Shown piece by piece: positions 27,809-42,300 of a stretch of DNA of 64,000 nt. The notes under the pieces are model-generated. The model had not been told where the DNA came from, did not search any database, and worked only from the letters and a program-made list of their open reading frames with translations. Position 1 is the stretch's first letter; the number at the start of each line of letters is the position of its first letter. A program made the translations under genes and the position numbers. The stretch is from Camelus dromedarius (lineage: Eukaryota): assembly GCF_036321535.1 (NCBI RefSeq), contig NC_087446.1:58342001-58406000 (forward strand), written 5' to 3'.

Positions 27809-30519
27809 ACCACTGGAGCAGCCCAGAATGACAGGCTTGATGGATCACCCCCAGGAGGGGAAGAGGGTGGCAATGCCTTTTATATTATGTTTTTACTGAA
27901 ATGAACTGAAAAAATATGAAACCAAAAGTATGAACTGTGTTGTCTTTTCATGCCCAGAATTGGCCCTTACGTTAGGCTTGAAAATAGGGGATTCCAGACT
28001 GGAAAGAAAAGAGAAGGAAGAGCTTTGGAAACTATGTAGCACAACGGTAGGAGGAGCCTGAAGCTCTCATTCTTTTGCCATCTGAGATTCCTGCTGGACT
28101 CACAAACTAGATAAGCATTGATTTGGTGCCTATTCAACATAATGTGTTTAGAGTCTAATTATAGCAAGAAGAGGAACCTCTATGAATAAGCTAGGAAACA
28201 TAAATAAGTGTATGGTAGTATAGAATTCTAGAAATTTCTTGTATTCATCCTGATGAAACATAAGGTAAGACAGAGCTTCGTCTTGAAGGAAACAGATCAT
28301 TCTTCCCTCCCTGCCCTTCCAGATGGAGGGATCGGCAAGAGCAGACAGGAGGGAGCAAATGGATGTGATCAACTCAGCTGAAAAGGAAAGGCTTTGTCAG
28401 ATAGGGAGAAATGAGGTAAGGAATGGTATTTAATGAAAAGCCTTGCTTGGTGGCCTAAGCTTTCAGATTTGATGCCAACAGCAACACTAAAGTATACATT
28501 TTATCATCTCCATCACTAGGCATTGTCAGTCTGGACCATAAGTCTGTCTCCACTTTTTGTGGGTAGAGATTCTGTACTGGGGCATAGGGATGAAAATATA
28601 AAGGATACCTTCTCTGAGGAGCTTCTCAAACACTCTCATGCTGAGGTGTGGCTGTCTCAGGGTTTGGAATGGAACATTTCGGCCCCAGAAAAGCCTCAGG
28701 GGGAGAACACCTGTTTTTCAGGTTTATTCGATTTCAAAGACTTTTTAAACTAAGCACTTTAGAAGCTAAAGGGAGCTTGGAGGTCATCTAGTTTACCTCT
28801 GCAGATTTTACAGATGAGGAGACTGAGACCTAGAGAAATCATAGGTCCTGAAGTTCTATATTTAGTGGCAAAACTGGATCTATAAGTTAGTGTTCTCAAG
28901 TGTCAATCTGATCTAATATAGCTGTGAAGTAGCTTCTCCTTTAAGTCTTTTTTCCTCCTAAGATCTTGCACTAAGCCCTGGCACACAGATTGAATATAGT
29001 CACAAAGCTTTCTCATACCACAAATCCCTGTGAAACCTAACAATTAACTAGCCCAGGGTAAGCACCCTGATGTTAGTTGACAACTAAACTCAGGGTCTGG
29101 TGCTAATTCCTTCTTCTCTCATCAGTCATAAGAGATGCTGTCAAATAGTTTTCCACACTAGCTGTTACTAACCTTTATTTCTTCTGTGATGCATGTAAAT
29201 AATGTTCACATGCTTCATATCCCTGTGAGTATACCCAGGATTCTGTCCATTGCCTGCTTGGTGTCTAAAAAGTTCTTACTCTGACACCAGAAAACTTACC
29301 AGAGCCTAAGTGAGAGTGCTCTTATAGGGACCTTGAAACTTTTAATTTACAAAAAAGCAAATTATTTACAAGTTTTAATAAATAAAACAAGTTTAATACT
29401 AACCAGTAATAAATTACCTGGGGTACACCTCACTGGTTTGGCAAGGTATAGCTGTTCAGAACTCTCCAGTCACTGGGACACAGGCATGTCTCATATAAGG
29501 AAGAGTGGACATTATTATCCTTGACTTGATCCTCAGAAAGCCAGGAGGATATACTTTGCATATCTTTTAATTCATATCCCAGGGTAGCACAAGGAATCCA
29601 TGAATTTATCTGAACCTTTCTGGAGGCTCACTATAACAAATTATTCTAGTCCAGTATTTGGTAGAGCATACACTCAACCTTGCATATCTGGTTACACCTT
29701 AAGTTCTAGATGCCTTCTAAATGAGTTTATCAGTAAAATGTTAGAATTTAAAGAAACATTCCCAAAGACAGTGTTAAATGAGATCCAGGTGTGACTAGGA
29801 AATTGTATATGTGAAAACCTAGTCCTTTAAAAATAAGTTTTAGAGGATTTTTTGCTGTAAAAAGGATTCAGAACAAGAATAGGATTCCTTTAAATACAGA
29901 ACAAAGATGAGCAGCAAGGGGAAAAGAACTAGTATATGATAAATACTCAGAACAAGCACATACACACACTTAGTTAATTGTTACAACTCTAAGAAATATT
30001 AGATGTTACTCCCATTTTACAAGTGAAGTAACCAGGCTCAAAGAGGGACGGGGGAGCCAAGGCTTCAATCTTATTCCTAGGCCAAAGGAGTCTCCATGTA
30101 GTCCCCAGTGGCTATATAAAGTAATACTTCTTTTATTTCTTTGAAAACTACCTTCAAGTTTGAACATGTGTTCTCTGAATCTAGTAATATACAGTAAAAA
30201 AAAGCACTATGTCCTCTTTTCAGTCATTTTTCCAGGCTGATTATTCCCTGTAAGAAGTCCATTCTACCTCCCTGGTCATTTTAGGTGCTAAATGTTTGTC
30301 TCTCCTACTTTTATTACTTGCATTCTGGGAGGGTCACCATTTATCATGTATTTCAGGTATGAGGGTACAAAGGTTTTACAGGATGAATAAGACTATAGTT
30401 CCTTATCTTTTAAAATATCGTTAAATATAGCAACACACTGAACTGATGTGCCAGGAGATAGTTAACAATGACTCAAAAGTCCCCTTCCTGAATTGCAGCT
30501 GATTATTTACAGTCATCAC

Positions 30520-30760
30520 CATATAAAGTAGCTAGTAGTTAAGATACAGCTTCTGGAGTAAGGCCAACCTAGGTCTGAATTCTAGCAATCCAGTAGCAAG
30601 CTATGGCCCTGAGCAGGATACTTCATCTAAATCTTGGTTTCCTCCTCTGTAGATATACTAATATTACCTACATCCCTTAGAGTTGTGAGGATTAATTAAG
30701 ATAATGCATGTACCACATTCAAATAGTATCTGTAAATATTAAGCATTCAATAAATTTTAG
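30520..30760 (+). mobile_element. MIR
   Basis: TCTGGAGTAAGGCCAACCTAGGTCTGAATTCTAGC...CTTGGTTTCCTCCTCTGTA...GTTGTGAGGATTAA; boundaries approximate. Confidence 0.7.
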
Positions 30761-32679
30761 CTATTACCCATTAAATAAGAGTTTGGTTTACTGATAATGG
30801 ATTTAAGTTTAGGCTGCATTCTTCCACTTATCCTTGGCCACTAGGGGGCACCGTTGCCTCTGTCCATTTTTAAGAGGTCATCCCAAGGTCAAGATGACCT
30901 CAATTCTCAGCCTTCTCTCCATTGCCCCTTCCAGTTCTCAGGCACTTAGTTGTATTTGGACCTAGAGCTCATTTGGCTGCTTTATGCATGTTAATCCTTC
31001 TTTCTTAACTTTTTCCCACCTCCCCAGGTCCCAGCCATGTTCAGAGAAACTCTATGCCAGCTCCTAGGAGTTTCCATTTAGTCCCTTTGATCCCTAGGCT
31101 TTCCCATTGGCCTTATACCACAGGATGCCAGGACTAAATAGCTTCAAAACAAGTCTAAGAAAGTCCTCATGACACTAGGCTCCAGGACACTGTGAACATT
31201 ATTGTTCTCCACTCTTACCCCAATCACTAGGACTCCAAAATAGGTTACCCTTATGGCCACTCAGTAATATCCCTTTGGTAGCCTCACCCTGAGAATGCCT
31301 CCTGTCTCTTAGGGCACTGGAGTTCAGTCCTCTGGTCTGCTGGCTAGTCTCTGGTTAATAGATGATTAACCAGAGAGAAGAAACAAGGCCAGACTATTCT
31401 AGGGTTAGGAGGAAACCCTCTGTGAGATCCTAAATTGGGAGCAAATATTGATCAGTGGAGCTTTGAAGTCACTGAGGAGATAGCTGAGGTCAGTGCTCCT
31501 CTGGGACACTGCTTGGCTCTCTTTATGACGTTCTTTCCTGAAACCTACCGATCTGATCCCAAGCCAGAGGAGCATTGGTTCATAGGTGTAAAGCTGAGTA
31601 TGAGAAAACTTGGGAAGGAAAAATGGTGTCCTTCTTTTTCCAAGTTCAAGCTATAAACTAGGTTCTTTATAAGGTCTATCTAAACCTGGCTTAGATGGTA
31701 CTGAGACCTCTGAACTTTATTACTGCTATGTGAGGAGATAAAAGGACTGTTCACTTGGGGCTTGGGTTTGTAGATAAGGTGTCCTGGTCCTTGGGTTAGT
31801 TCCCCTCTGTCCTTGGGTCAATGGAAATGTTAGGCTTAGGGAGGTAGAAAGGTCCTATGGTCTCATCTACCCAGAGGAATTAATGAAGAGTGATTTGTAA
31901 GATCACTTTAGTGCCATGGTTCATTTAATGGCCTCTAGGGAGCACAGGATAAGCGTGTATAGAAGATAGCCAAGTAAGTGGAAAGGTCCAGAGGCCCTAT
32001 GGGAGTGACGGGAGTGATGTGACAAGAAGGGAGGGTGCCTAAATGCCTTATTTGGGATGAAGTGTTGGTCTGCAACTCCTTATCTTATGGCTAGATACGG
32101 GGTGGACTGGCTGTATGGGGTTATGTGACTGGAGTGACAGTGAGACTAATGCCCAGGACCCAGAGGCTCTGGCCTGTGCTGGAAGCCTTCATATTAAGAG
32201 GGCATTTGTAAGACTTGGATTTCCCGGCACTAGACACACCAACTGACAGCTGGATGGATATTCAAGCTACTGCCTTTGCTTTCCTTCTCTGCATACTGGG
32301 GTCTGTTGGTATCTATAATACCATGGCTCTACTTACCTCAAATGATCTCCACCAAGTAGCCAACTCTGGCAACACAGCCTGTGTCCACATGATGTCACCT
32401 CTCTGGCCATTAAGCCATTGACCAAAGACAGTGTTCAAAACTGCAGGCCAAGAAAGTAGGAGGAACGGGCCATGATCAGTTGCCGTGATAGTATATTAAG
32501 GGGTTGGCTTCCGAGAACCTTCAAAGGTCGAAGTCCTTGAGGCTTTTTTCTCTAATATCCACTTCAAATTAACCCCACGTGTGTTAAGGGCAAGGGGAAA
32601 AGCCTAAGAAGGAAGTTAACTGAGTTCTCAGGCAAATACTTAACCACCTACACGCTCCCCTCGGCCCATCCACCCTTAA

Positions 32680-33330
32680 TTAGCCTCCCTCGGACGGTCC
32701 AATCCTCCCCGCCACAACAGCTGTCAACGGCTTAGGACCCGCCCCCCACGCACACTGGACCAATGGCCGAGCCCGGGGCGAGTCCCCTGAGAGGGGGCGG
32801 GAGTGCGTTCCGGGCTGTAGGCGGGGCCTCGCTGAGGACCCCGGGCTGGGCGCCGCTGCCGGCTGGTCTACCCTTTCCTTCAGCCGCCTCCTTTCAACCT
32901 TGTCCCCCAGTCGGCGCGGCCTCTGGTGCGGCGGCGGCGGCGGCTCCCGTTCCTGCCGCAATTCTCTTTCCTCCATCCCTCCCCACCAGATCCCCGAGTC
33001 CGCCCGCCATGGCTTTACTCACTGCGGCTGCCCGGCTCTTCGGAGCTAAGGTGAGCAACTAAGGGACGGAGTGCGCCGTCTTAGGGTGGGGCTGAAGCGA
33101 CTGCAGGCCCTCAAGCGCCGGGGTCTCCCTCCCCTACCCAGGCGCACCCCAGCACGCCTTAAAGGGGCCCTGCGCTTGGCTGGCCGCCAGCCCTGCATGG
33201 AAGCTCCCAGGGCCATGTGCTTCGCTGGCCTTCCGGCCCCAGGGAGTGAAGTGAGCGCTGCCCGCCCCGGCATTCGGTCTTGGGCGTGTGGCAAGGCTGG
33301 ACCCTACTGTCACCCCACATGTCTAGAGTG
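32680..33330 (+). promoter_or_regulatory. CS CpG island promoter and exon 1
   Basis: High CpG density, CCAAT motifs about 32699 and 32760, GC boxes, Kozak GCCATGG at 33006-33012. Confidence 0.8.
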
Positions 33331-36300
33331 GAAGGGGGGGCGATGCTTGGCCTTGGAAAGAGAAGCAGCCGCCAGTGGAGAACATAGGTGTTGTTTCATT
33401 GGAATTAGGGAAAGAGCCTGTTTGGAAGAGGGCGCGGGGGTGAGAGAAGTGGCAGGGGTGAGCAGGTCTGCTCACTCTATCCCTGGACCAGAGAGCTAGA
33501 GCAGTGGCTAATTTCGGCTTCTGCTTTGTAGAGGGGGCCTTGTCATTTTCTGAACTGCCTGATTCCATTTTTCCAACCCAGTTGTTTAAGCCTTTAGTGA
33601 CCAAGCCGCAGCAGTTCCTGCTAGAGGAGTGTGACTGGGGTCCTCTTTGTCCTTGGGACTCTTGTACTTTTAATATATAGGAGGAGCTTGGGTGGGGTGG
33701 AGCAGTTGTGTAAAACCTGCATGATTATCACATATGATTGGAGAAAGAACCAGAAAGGTTGTTCCCCCAGACTGCTGGCCAATAAATGAAGATACTGGGC
33801 AGGAGATAGTAATTCCAAAGTCACATGACCGGCCCTACTACTTGCTCACTCAGGTTTTACTGTTCCTCTTAAGTCTACTCTACTCAGAAGAGATTCCTCT
33901 TATTCTTTGGGGCCTTCTACTTGACTTTTGTTGCCGTTGGGATCATAAGAATATTGCTGCAGATAAATGGTGCTATCAGTTTCATATGCCAAAATTGTCT
34001 CTGGGTAACTTGGCTTTTTAAAAGAAAAACTGCTGTGCTGAAGGAGTCCCAGTCCTCTAATCCAAGCAAGGACAGTCCCACAAGTGACCTTGACCCCTTC
34101 AAGGAACCTACACTTTCTCTTCTGCAGACAGATTAAAGCTGCCAGCACCTGAAAGGAAGGAAAGGAAAATCTTAGAATGGTTTTGGCTTACTGTGTATTA
34201 TCTAGCATGGTTGGCAGATAAGATGAAGCCTGGGGTTCTTCCAGGCACCCAGCAGCAAGGTGGAGGCTGATCACTTGGGAGATACTTGTCTTACTTGACT
34301 GTTGTTCTCCTGCTGCCAGGGAACAGGATAAGGAAGCCTCTTGGGAAATGAAGCAAGTTCTAGACAGTAGTTTGGCAGAATAGGGGATACTATAATTAGC
34401 TCATTCCAGAGCTTCTAACCCTACAGTGGAGTTTGAAAAAACCTTTAGAATTTACATTTGATTTTATTTTGTCTCTTAAGCCTCTGGGGAAACTCAGCTT
34501 TTGGGTTGACAGGGCTACCTAACTGGAGAATCATTATTATTTTGTTTACTTTCCTGTTAGAGATAGACCTGAGGATCCCCGAAACCTGTGTATTGGAAGC
34601 CGTCGGAAGGCTTTTGACCCTTAAAGCTAACAAAGCCCCACAGACTCAGGAGTGGAAATTTCCTGAGATCTAAGCAGTATAGCCAGGATACCAAGAAGCC
34701 TTTCAGTTTGTCAGCATTGCTAGCACCTGCCTGAGCTTTCCAGATCAGCCTGCAGCCTAACTGGTACTCTGTTTTACTTTTGCTGTTAAGCTAGGCTTTG
34801 TAAGGGAAAAATACCTGGAAAAATTGACCCCTGCCACTTTGATTCTCAAGGTCAGGTGTAGTTTCACTTTCCTGAGAAATTTTTTTTTTAACCTTACTAG
34901 GAGACACAAATGCTAGTCATTGTTCTATTGCTCCACGCTACCTCCTGTCAGGTAATTTAATGAACACCTGAGTTGGAGAGCCCCCCTAATAAAGAGCCTT
35001 GAGATTATTTGACTTCTTGTTTACCTGAATGAATTCCTACTATGCAGTGGCTTTAGTATTAGCTGTGGGTGCCTTAGCTTTGTGCTGTAGATACTGTCTT
35101 TTCACAGGGGACCTGGATTGGGAATTGGAGAAGGGCCACCAATTAACTTATGGATTCTTAACACCAAAGTGGCTTAACCAACCCTAGTTCCATCCTGTAC
35201 CATTGAATTGTTCCTCCAAGCTAGGATGTGTGATAACGTTGAGTAAATCAATCCAAAAGTGTTTCTAGATTATTTCTAGACTTTTTCAAGACACTTAAAT
35301 TAATACCCATGATTCTTTTACAGCAGACTTGTACCACTCACAACATATCCTATATAAAACCTAATCTGAAATTGGGTTCATCAAAACTGAGTCAGTTTTG
35401 TCTTGTGAAATGTTAGGCTTAAAGCCCAAAACTTTTAAAGGTAAGAACTCAAATCTCTTTGCTTTCACTTTGATTACCAGCCTACCCAAAGTAATGGCAG
35501 TTCTTTGATGCTTACTAGATGGACCAAAGATGAAAAATGGAGAATAAAGTGTCATCGTCATGTGCTAGTGGTGCGATGATTGCGTTTGTACTTCCTAGTG
35601 GTCTTTAGTTTGGTAGCAGATGAATGCATGGGTGTGGGGAGGCATCGAAATGAGCAGTTGTGAAGGAGATAATCAGAAAACGGGAAGGCTGGCATTCCTA
35701 GTTCTTAGAATCCAAGTGGGCAGAAGGCAGGAAACCAGACTTGGTGGGTCTCCCTAAAGCCACAGAGTAATTCCTTCTGCCCTATTTTCAGTGCCTTATG
35801 TGATAGATTCAAGCAGGATTTGAGTGAAATTTAAAACAATAGTGAGGCAACTTTAGTAATAGATCTTAGGATCTGACGAACTTTCACTTATTCCCTCAGC
35901 TGCCCAAGTTCCTGTATTTCTTTTAACGTGTTATTATTTTTAAAGGTCTGTAAGGTCACAGTGGGTGTCATCACCTGAGGTGTTTGTTTTCATTGCACAT
36001 TCATAAATCCTGTCTTCACATTCTGATTCAGCAGCAAAGGTGGGATGGGATCTGAAAACTTGTATTTTTCAAGCACCTCGGTTGACTCACAATGCTTGGT
36101 GATCCCCTTCTGTTGAACCAGTAAAACCACACGCAGTCCTTTTTGTTTGCAGCTATATTTAATGTATGTATGAAGCTTTGAATGTTGGGCTTTTTTTTTT
36201 TTTTTGAATCAATGATTACTTTAAAATGACTTCATAAGTGATTATTTTAAGCAATAGTCCGTTTTAGTCTATTTTCTCTAGGTTTGTCTTCCAAGGCGTT

Positions 36301-39300
36301 CCCCCCCCCCCCAAAATGCCTCAGGAAAAGTTTTTTGTAAATCCCTGAAACAAAGCATCGTAACAACTCCTAGTAGAAGTGAGAGAACAGTTTCTAGTTC
36401 CTGAAAAAGTAGTGTGGTGACAGATCATAAACACTTTATTCACTACTGTACACTTGGTGTGCACATAATAAGTAGGTGTTCAGCAACTATTTGTTAAAGA
36501 ACAGTAAGAATTTCTCTGAACATCAACTGTTTGATAAAGGACAGCAAAGAATAGTAAAGGAAAATAAGAACTCTTGATTCTTTTCTGAGGCTGAATTTGT
36601 GTCCTTGGCTGTCTTCCTCACTGAATAATCAGTGAACCTTTTGGGAAGGGTCTGTTAGACAATGAGAATTAGGTAGAATTATTAAGGAAACTCTTGTGAG
36701 TATGAAGGGGATCAGAGTATGAACTCTGAGGATTATTCCGCTCAGGCTGTCAACTGGCCTGAACGAGCAGTGCAGGCTGACTTCCAATATCACCATTGTG
36801 AGACAGTTCTCTGAGCTGGTTCTGGGGAGAGAGGAACCTTTGTCCTATGCATGTTCTTTTTCCCTTAATGCAAGTTGTTTCTTCTGCATTGGAAGGCTTT
36901 GTAGCACAAGATTTTTCCTACAGTTATTAGTGAATTATGTTTGCTTCATCAACTAAGCCAGTTCTGCTGGCTTGGCAAGCTCTGATTTTGTTTTATGAAG
37001 GAGGAGAAAGGGCTCTATTAAAATCAGGAGCATCTCTCACAAGTTTTTTTTTTAATTAAATTTTTATTGAGTTATAGTTGATTTATAATATTAGTTTCAG
37101 GTGTACAGCATAGTGATTTAAAAATTTTGTAGATTATACTCCATTTTTTAGAAGTTTTTTTGGGGGGGAGTAAGGATTTATTTATTAATTTAGTTAAATG
37201 GAGGTACTGGAGATTGAACCCAGGACCTCGTGCATGCTCTACTGCTGAGCTATACCTCTCCTCAATTATTCTTCATTTATAAAGTTATTATAAAATACTG
37301 GCTATATTCCCTGTGCTGTACAGTATACCCTTGTAGCTTATTTATTTGATACGTGATGGTTTGTAATCGCTCAAGTTTTTGATGTCAGAGCTCCGGGATA
37401 TGTGGCAGGACTTGTTCCTGAATGTGCCTAGGATGGAGGATCAAGGAAAATTTGGCTTTTCCCCTGTAGAGTAAGGATCCTAGATGTGGACAAATGATGA
37501 TAATAGGCTAAGAGGAGTAAGGGAGAAATAACCTTATCCAAATAGGATTCTACTGTTTCCAGAATTTGGGGGAGAATGGAGTAGCTTTAATTGATTTTTG
37601 TTAAGTTATTTGGCCAATACCCTGTCCCAGAAATAAGTATTATAAGGAAGTCTTTTTTTAACTTTTTTTTTAATATAAGCAAGTTTTTAGCAGAATTTCC
37701 TGCTTGTATTATTTGTCTTTATCCTCCATTGGCCCTTTAAGATAGAGGTTCCCTTAATTATATTTTTCTATCCTAACATAGCACATGTGAGAGCTACAGC
37801 CCACTTCTATCAATAATAGCAAACTCACTAAAAGAGTTATTGCAAGGGGTGACAGCATATGAGGTTTGAGAAAGCCTTTTAGTGATTATGAATCCCCCAC
37901 CCTGTAGAGAATCCTGGCTGTCAGAATTTCTGAGCCAGGCCCTTATCTTTGGAAGTAGCTCTATCTCTCCCTGTGGAGGAGCCGACCTATTGAGTGGAGT
38001 GACTCCCTGATTCACCTGACAGCTGCTGTTCCAGTAGGATGACTCTACGCGTGGCATGCAACCCAAAGCCAAAAGCCCAGTTGCCACACCTCCAGAATTA
38101 GGGGAGGAGCTGGGAGGTGAAAGTTCAAGGATGACTCAGAGGTTTGTAATCTGCCTGTTCCATCTGAGTATAGCCTGAGTGCACTATACAAAGCCATTTA
38201 GCAGCTTTCATTGGCAACCAGGGGGTAGATGAAATGAGATGTGTAGGGTGTGACAGTCCTCTAACATCTCCTGTCTAGGGGTCACCTGCTGGTGGAGATT
38301 ATAGTTGGTTAAATTTGTTTTCTCTCCCTGAGACTCCTCTCTTGGTCAGGGGGCCCTTAAGGAAATTGGGGCTTTATTTTCTGTTCTACAGCTAGAGGGA
38401 ATTACCCATTCATCCCTTCGTCAAACTTGACTGCCTCTTTCCTGGGATCCAACTCCTCGAAATAGTTGTGACACTTGAGTTGGTAGTAATAGGCCAACAC
38501 GTTTCCAAGAAACAAATGTTTATTGAACTCAGCTATGCAGCAGGCACTGTTCTAGATGCTTTCATGCAAATGATTTCATATAGTCTACTTGTCTACCATG
38601 AAATTGGTTTTATTACCAATTTAGAGATGCGAAAAGTGGAACTTAGAAGTTAGATCATTTAGCTATGGTAGCACAAAAGGATAGTGTCACAACCTGAGTA
38701 GGACTTGACCCTTGATAACTCCACATCCCAGAGCCTTTATATTCTACCCTTCTGCTCGCTTAACACTTTAGACCATGACTACGTCTCAAATTTTATTGTT
38801 CATAGGAATCACCTAATGAGTTTGTTAAACTGCAGATTTGTGTTCAGTGAGTCTGCGATGAGGCATTTCTGACAAGCTCCCAAGTAATGCTAATTCTGCT
38901 GGCTAGGCAGCCATACTGTAAATAGAAGGCTTTTGACTACTTTTACATATGTCCTTATTGGAGTCTTAGAATCAAACTTGGAGCTAAGTAGCCTGAGCAT
39001 TACTAAATGTGGAGAAAGAAAGGGAAACAGTATTTAGTTGTTTTGCTTTGGATGTCTCAGTTACATAGGAATGGAGCTGGGACTAGAACCCAGATTTCCT
39101 TTCCTAATTCCAAGTCATGTGTTTGTCTCCTGCACTACTAGGTAAAGTTGCCCTAACTTGAATTTTTCCTATTCTAGCCTTTTGAGTGGTCATATCAATG
39201 AATTGCTGCCTTTAAAATCCTTCGTATTTCTTCAGTTTCTTCTAAGCTGCAGAGTAAGCTAAAAATATGACTAAACCTGACATCGAAGTGTGCTAAAAAG

Positions 39301-42300
39301 TGGCCATTCTATTTGATTTTCTATATTTCTTGTATAATAAATACAGAGCACTTGCTATGTGCCAGACATGGTTTTGAGTGCTTTGTAAATATTGGCTTGA
39401 TTAATTCTCATAGCAGTCCTTTGAGGTAGGTACTATTATTGTTCTCATTTTACAGATAAGAAAACTAAAGCACAGAAAGGTTCAATGGCTAGGGTCACAC
39501 AGTAAGTGGCCGAGAAGTGTAGTAGAAACAGAATATACTAGCTTTATTCTATAGCATAGAGCCAGCTTCTCCACAAACTAGCATTGCTTTGCAAATTGGA
39601 GATCTGGCTAAGAAGTGTTACTGTTGGAGATTAGGGACAGTTGAGATTAGCTTTCCTTAAGTTACTCCTGAGGCACCTCATTAAATGGCATAGCTGCTGT
39701 CTACCAAGGCAGTTAAGACTTTGCTGGTGGTAGAAGTGGGGTGATAGTTTAGTTCCAAGTTCTTCCTTAACCGTTGCCTTAAAGTAGTGTTTATATAAAC
39801 AGATCTGAGAAATGGCTGTAACTAAGCAGCAGTTGTAACCCATTTGATGCCCTTAAATGATGCTGCATTCTTACAGCCTTGTTAGGTAACCTTCTACATC
39901 CTTTTCTTTCTGATTTCTCTTTTTTCCTTTTCCTTTTTTTATTTTTTATTTATTTTTTTTACCTTAAGTGAAGTAAAAGAAGAGGGAAGCTTACTGATTC
40001 TAGCAGTTCTCTCTCTCAAGGGAAAAAACTGTATTTGTTTTATGTTTATATTGGTGGAAGAAAGACCTCCAGCCTGAGGAAATTTCTATTTTCATCTTAA
40101 GATCTGGCTCTCATTCTGTCTTTTGAGCTTTGGTAGATTTTTTTCCCATAAGATTTAACCTTAAACTATTCTTCTTACAATCTTTCCTCTTGCAAATGAA
40201 GCAGACAGCCATTATAGAAACCTAAAGATGGTTTAGAAGTGGACAAAATGATCATTATGAAGAGATTGCAACTTTTTTCTCTTAGATGATATGTTCCCCT
40301 ATAGCCTTTTTAAAAACAAAACCAAACCACAGCAACCACCTACCCACAGTTAAAAGGTCCTGCTGAAGGCTGATGTGGTCTCTGGGAGATGGGACCTCTA
40401 TAATAGGGGATCTGTGGGAGTATGGAATGGCTTGAACATGGTTAGGCCTGTAGAACAATAGTTTAAACCTATTCACAGGTTTTCCCTTGTTCATTTTTTG
40501 GTGACTAGTTAAAAAAAAAAAGAAAGTTATTTCTTGAGTGCTGGGTCCAGCCTCTGTTTGCCCCATGTAGGATGAACAAGCTAAAGGGCTATTTGTGCTG
40601 CATACTTTCTGCCCAAATGGTCCTCGGTGAGCTAGAGGAGATTCTTTTTTTTTTTTTAATTGAAGTATAGTTGATTTACAATGTTGTGTTAGTTTTGGGT
40701 GTACAGCGTAGTGATTCAGTTATACATATGTGTATTCTTTTTCATTGTAGGTTATTACAAGTTATTGAATATAGTTCATTGAGCTATCCAGTAGGACCTT
40801 GTTGTTTATTCTGTATATAGTAGTTTGTATCTGCAAGAGGAGATTCTTTAGGAAGTTAATGTAAGGAGTTGTGAGCAGCCCTGGTTAACAAGTTGAAGCT
40901 TTCCCCCCTTTGTTTTAGGGCCATATCAGTTTGCTCTATGCTGTCTGAATTTAGCTTTGGGTTGATTCTTTTTATTTTTTTATTTTTTTAACATTTTTTT
41001 ATTGATTTATAATCATTTTACAATGTTGTGTCAAATTCCAGTGTTCAGCACAATTTTTCAGTCATTCATGGACATATACACACTCATTGTCACATTTTTT
41101 CTCTCTGAGTTATCATAACATTTTGTGTATATTTCCCTGTGCTATACAGTGTAATCTTGTTTATCTATTCTACAATTTTGAAATCCCAGTCTATCCCTTC
41201 CCACCCTCCATCCCCCTGGCAACCACAAGTCTGTATTCTCTGTCTGTGAGTCTATTTCNNNNNNNNNNNNNNNNNNNNNNNNNNNNNNNNNNNNNNNNNN
41301 NNNNNNNNNNNNNNNNNNNNNNNNNNNNNNNNNNNNNNNNNNNNNNNNNNNNNNNNNNNNNNNNNNNNNNNNNNNNNNNNNNNNNNNNNNNNNNNNNNNN
41401 NNNNNNNNNNNNNNNNNNNNNNNNNNNNNNNNNNNNNNNNNNNNNNNNNNNNNNNNNNNNNNNNNNNNNNNNNNNNNNNNNNNNNNNNNNNNNNNNNNNN
41501 NNNNNNNNNNNNNNNNNNNNNNNNNNNNNNNNNNNNNNNNNNNNNNNNNNNNNNNNNNNNNNNNNNNNNNNTCCTGAAGTAGATTTCCTTCTGGGGTTGA
41601 TTCTTTTTAAAATAACCTTTTTTCAAGGGCCTTTTCCCTTTTCAGTCCTCACTCCTGCCCTAGCAGAAAGAGGGGTATAAAATTCTAAAAAGGCTTAGGC
41701 TCTACTGAACTCTCACCTTAGGCATGTAGTCTTTTGGAGTTTATACAGTATCACTGGTACAAATGATTTTCAGCACAATCAGAGAGCAGTGCAGTCCAGT
41801 CAGCCGTCTGTATCTGCAGGTTCTGCATCCATAGGTTCAACCAGCTGTGGATCAAAATATTTTTTAAAAAATTCTGGAGAGTTCCAAAAAGCAAAACTTG
41901 AATTTGCCACCTGCTGAGAGCTATTTACATAGTATTTACAATTATATAACATTTACATTGTATTAGGTATTATAAGTAATCTGGAGGTGATTTAAAGTAT
42001 ATGGGAGGATGTGCATTGGTTATATGCACTTACTACAACATTTTATATAAGAGACTTGAGCTTCCAATTTGGGTGTCTGTTGAGGGAGAGGTCCTGAAAC
42101 CAATCCCCTCTTGGATACCGAGGGATGATTGTAGTTACTACAAAAGATGTCTCTGGCCTTTTGGCAAAAGGAGGAGAGGTGTAGCCTTGCTCCACCATTA
42201 GTTTGTGTGCGTGTGTGTGAGGTCTTTTTAATTTGCAAGGTGCTTTCACATCCATTGTAATTTAATCATCACAAGACAACCCTGTGAGATGTGTGGTGGA

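Noticed and set aside
41087-41680. ORFs of 100-197 aa crossing N gaps (also 2269-2712, 20260-20719, 42437-42739, 52537-52941)
   Set aside because: Length is an artefact of X codons.
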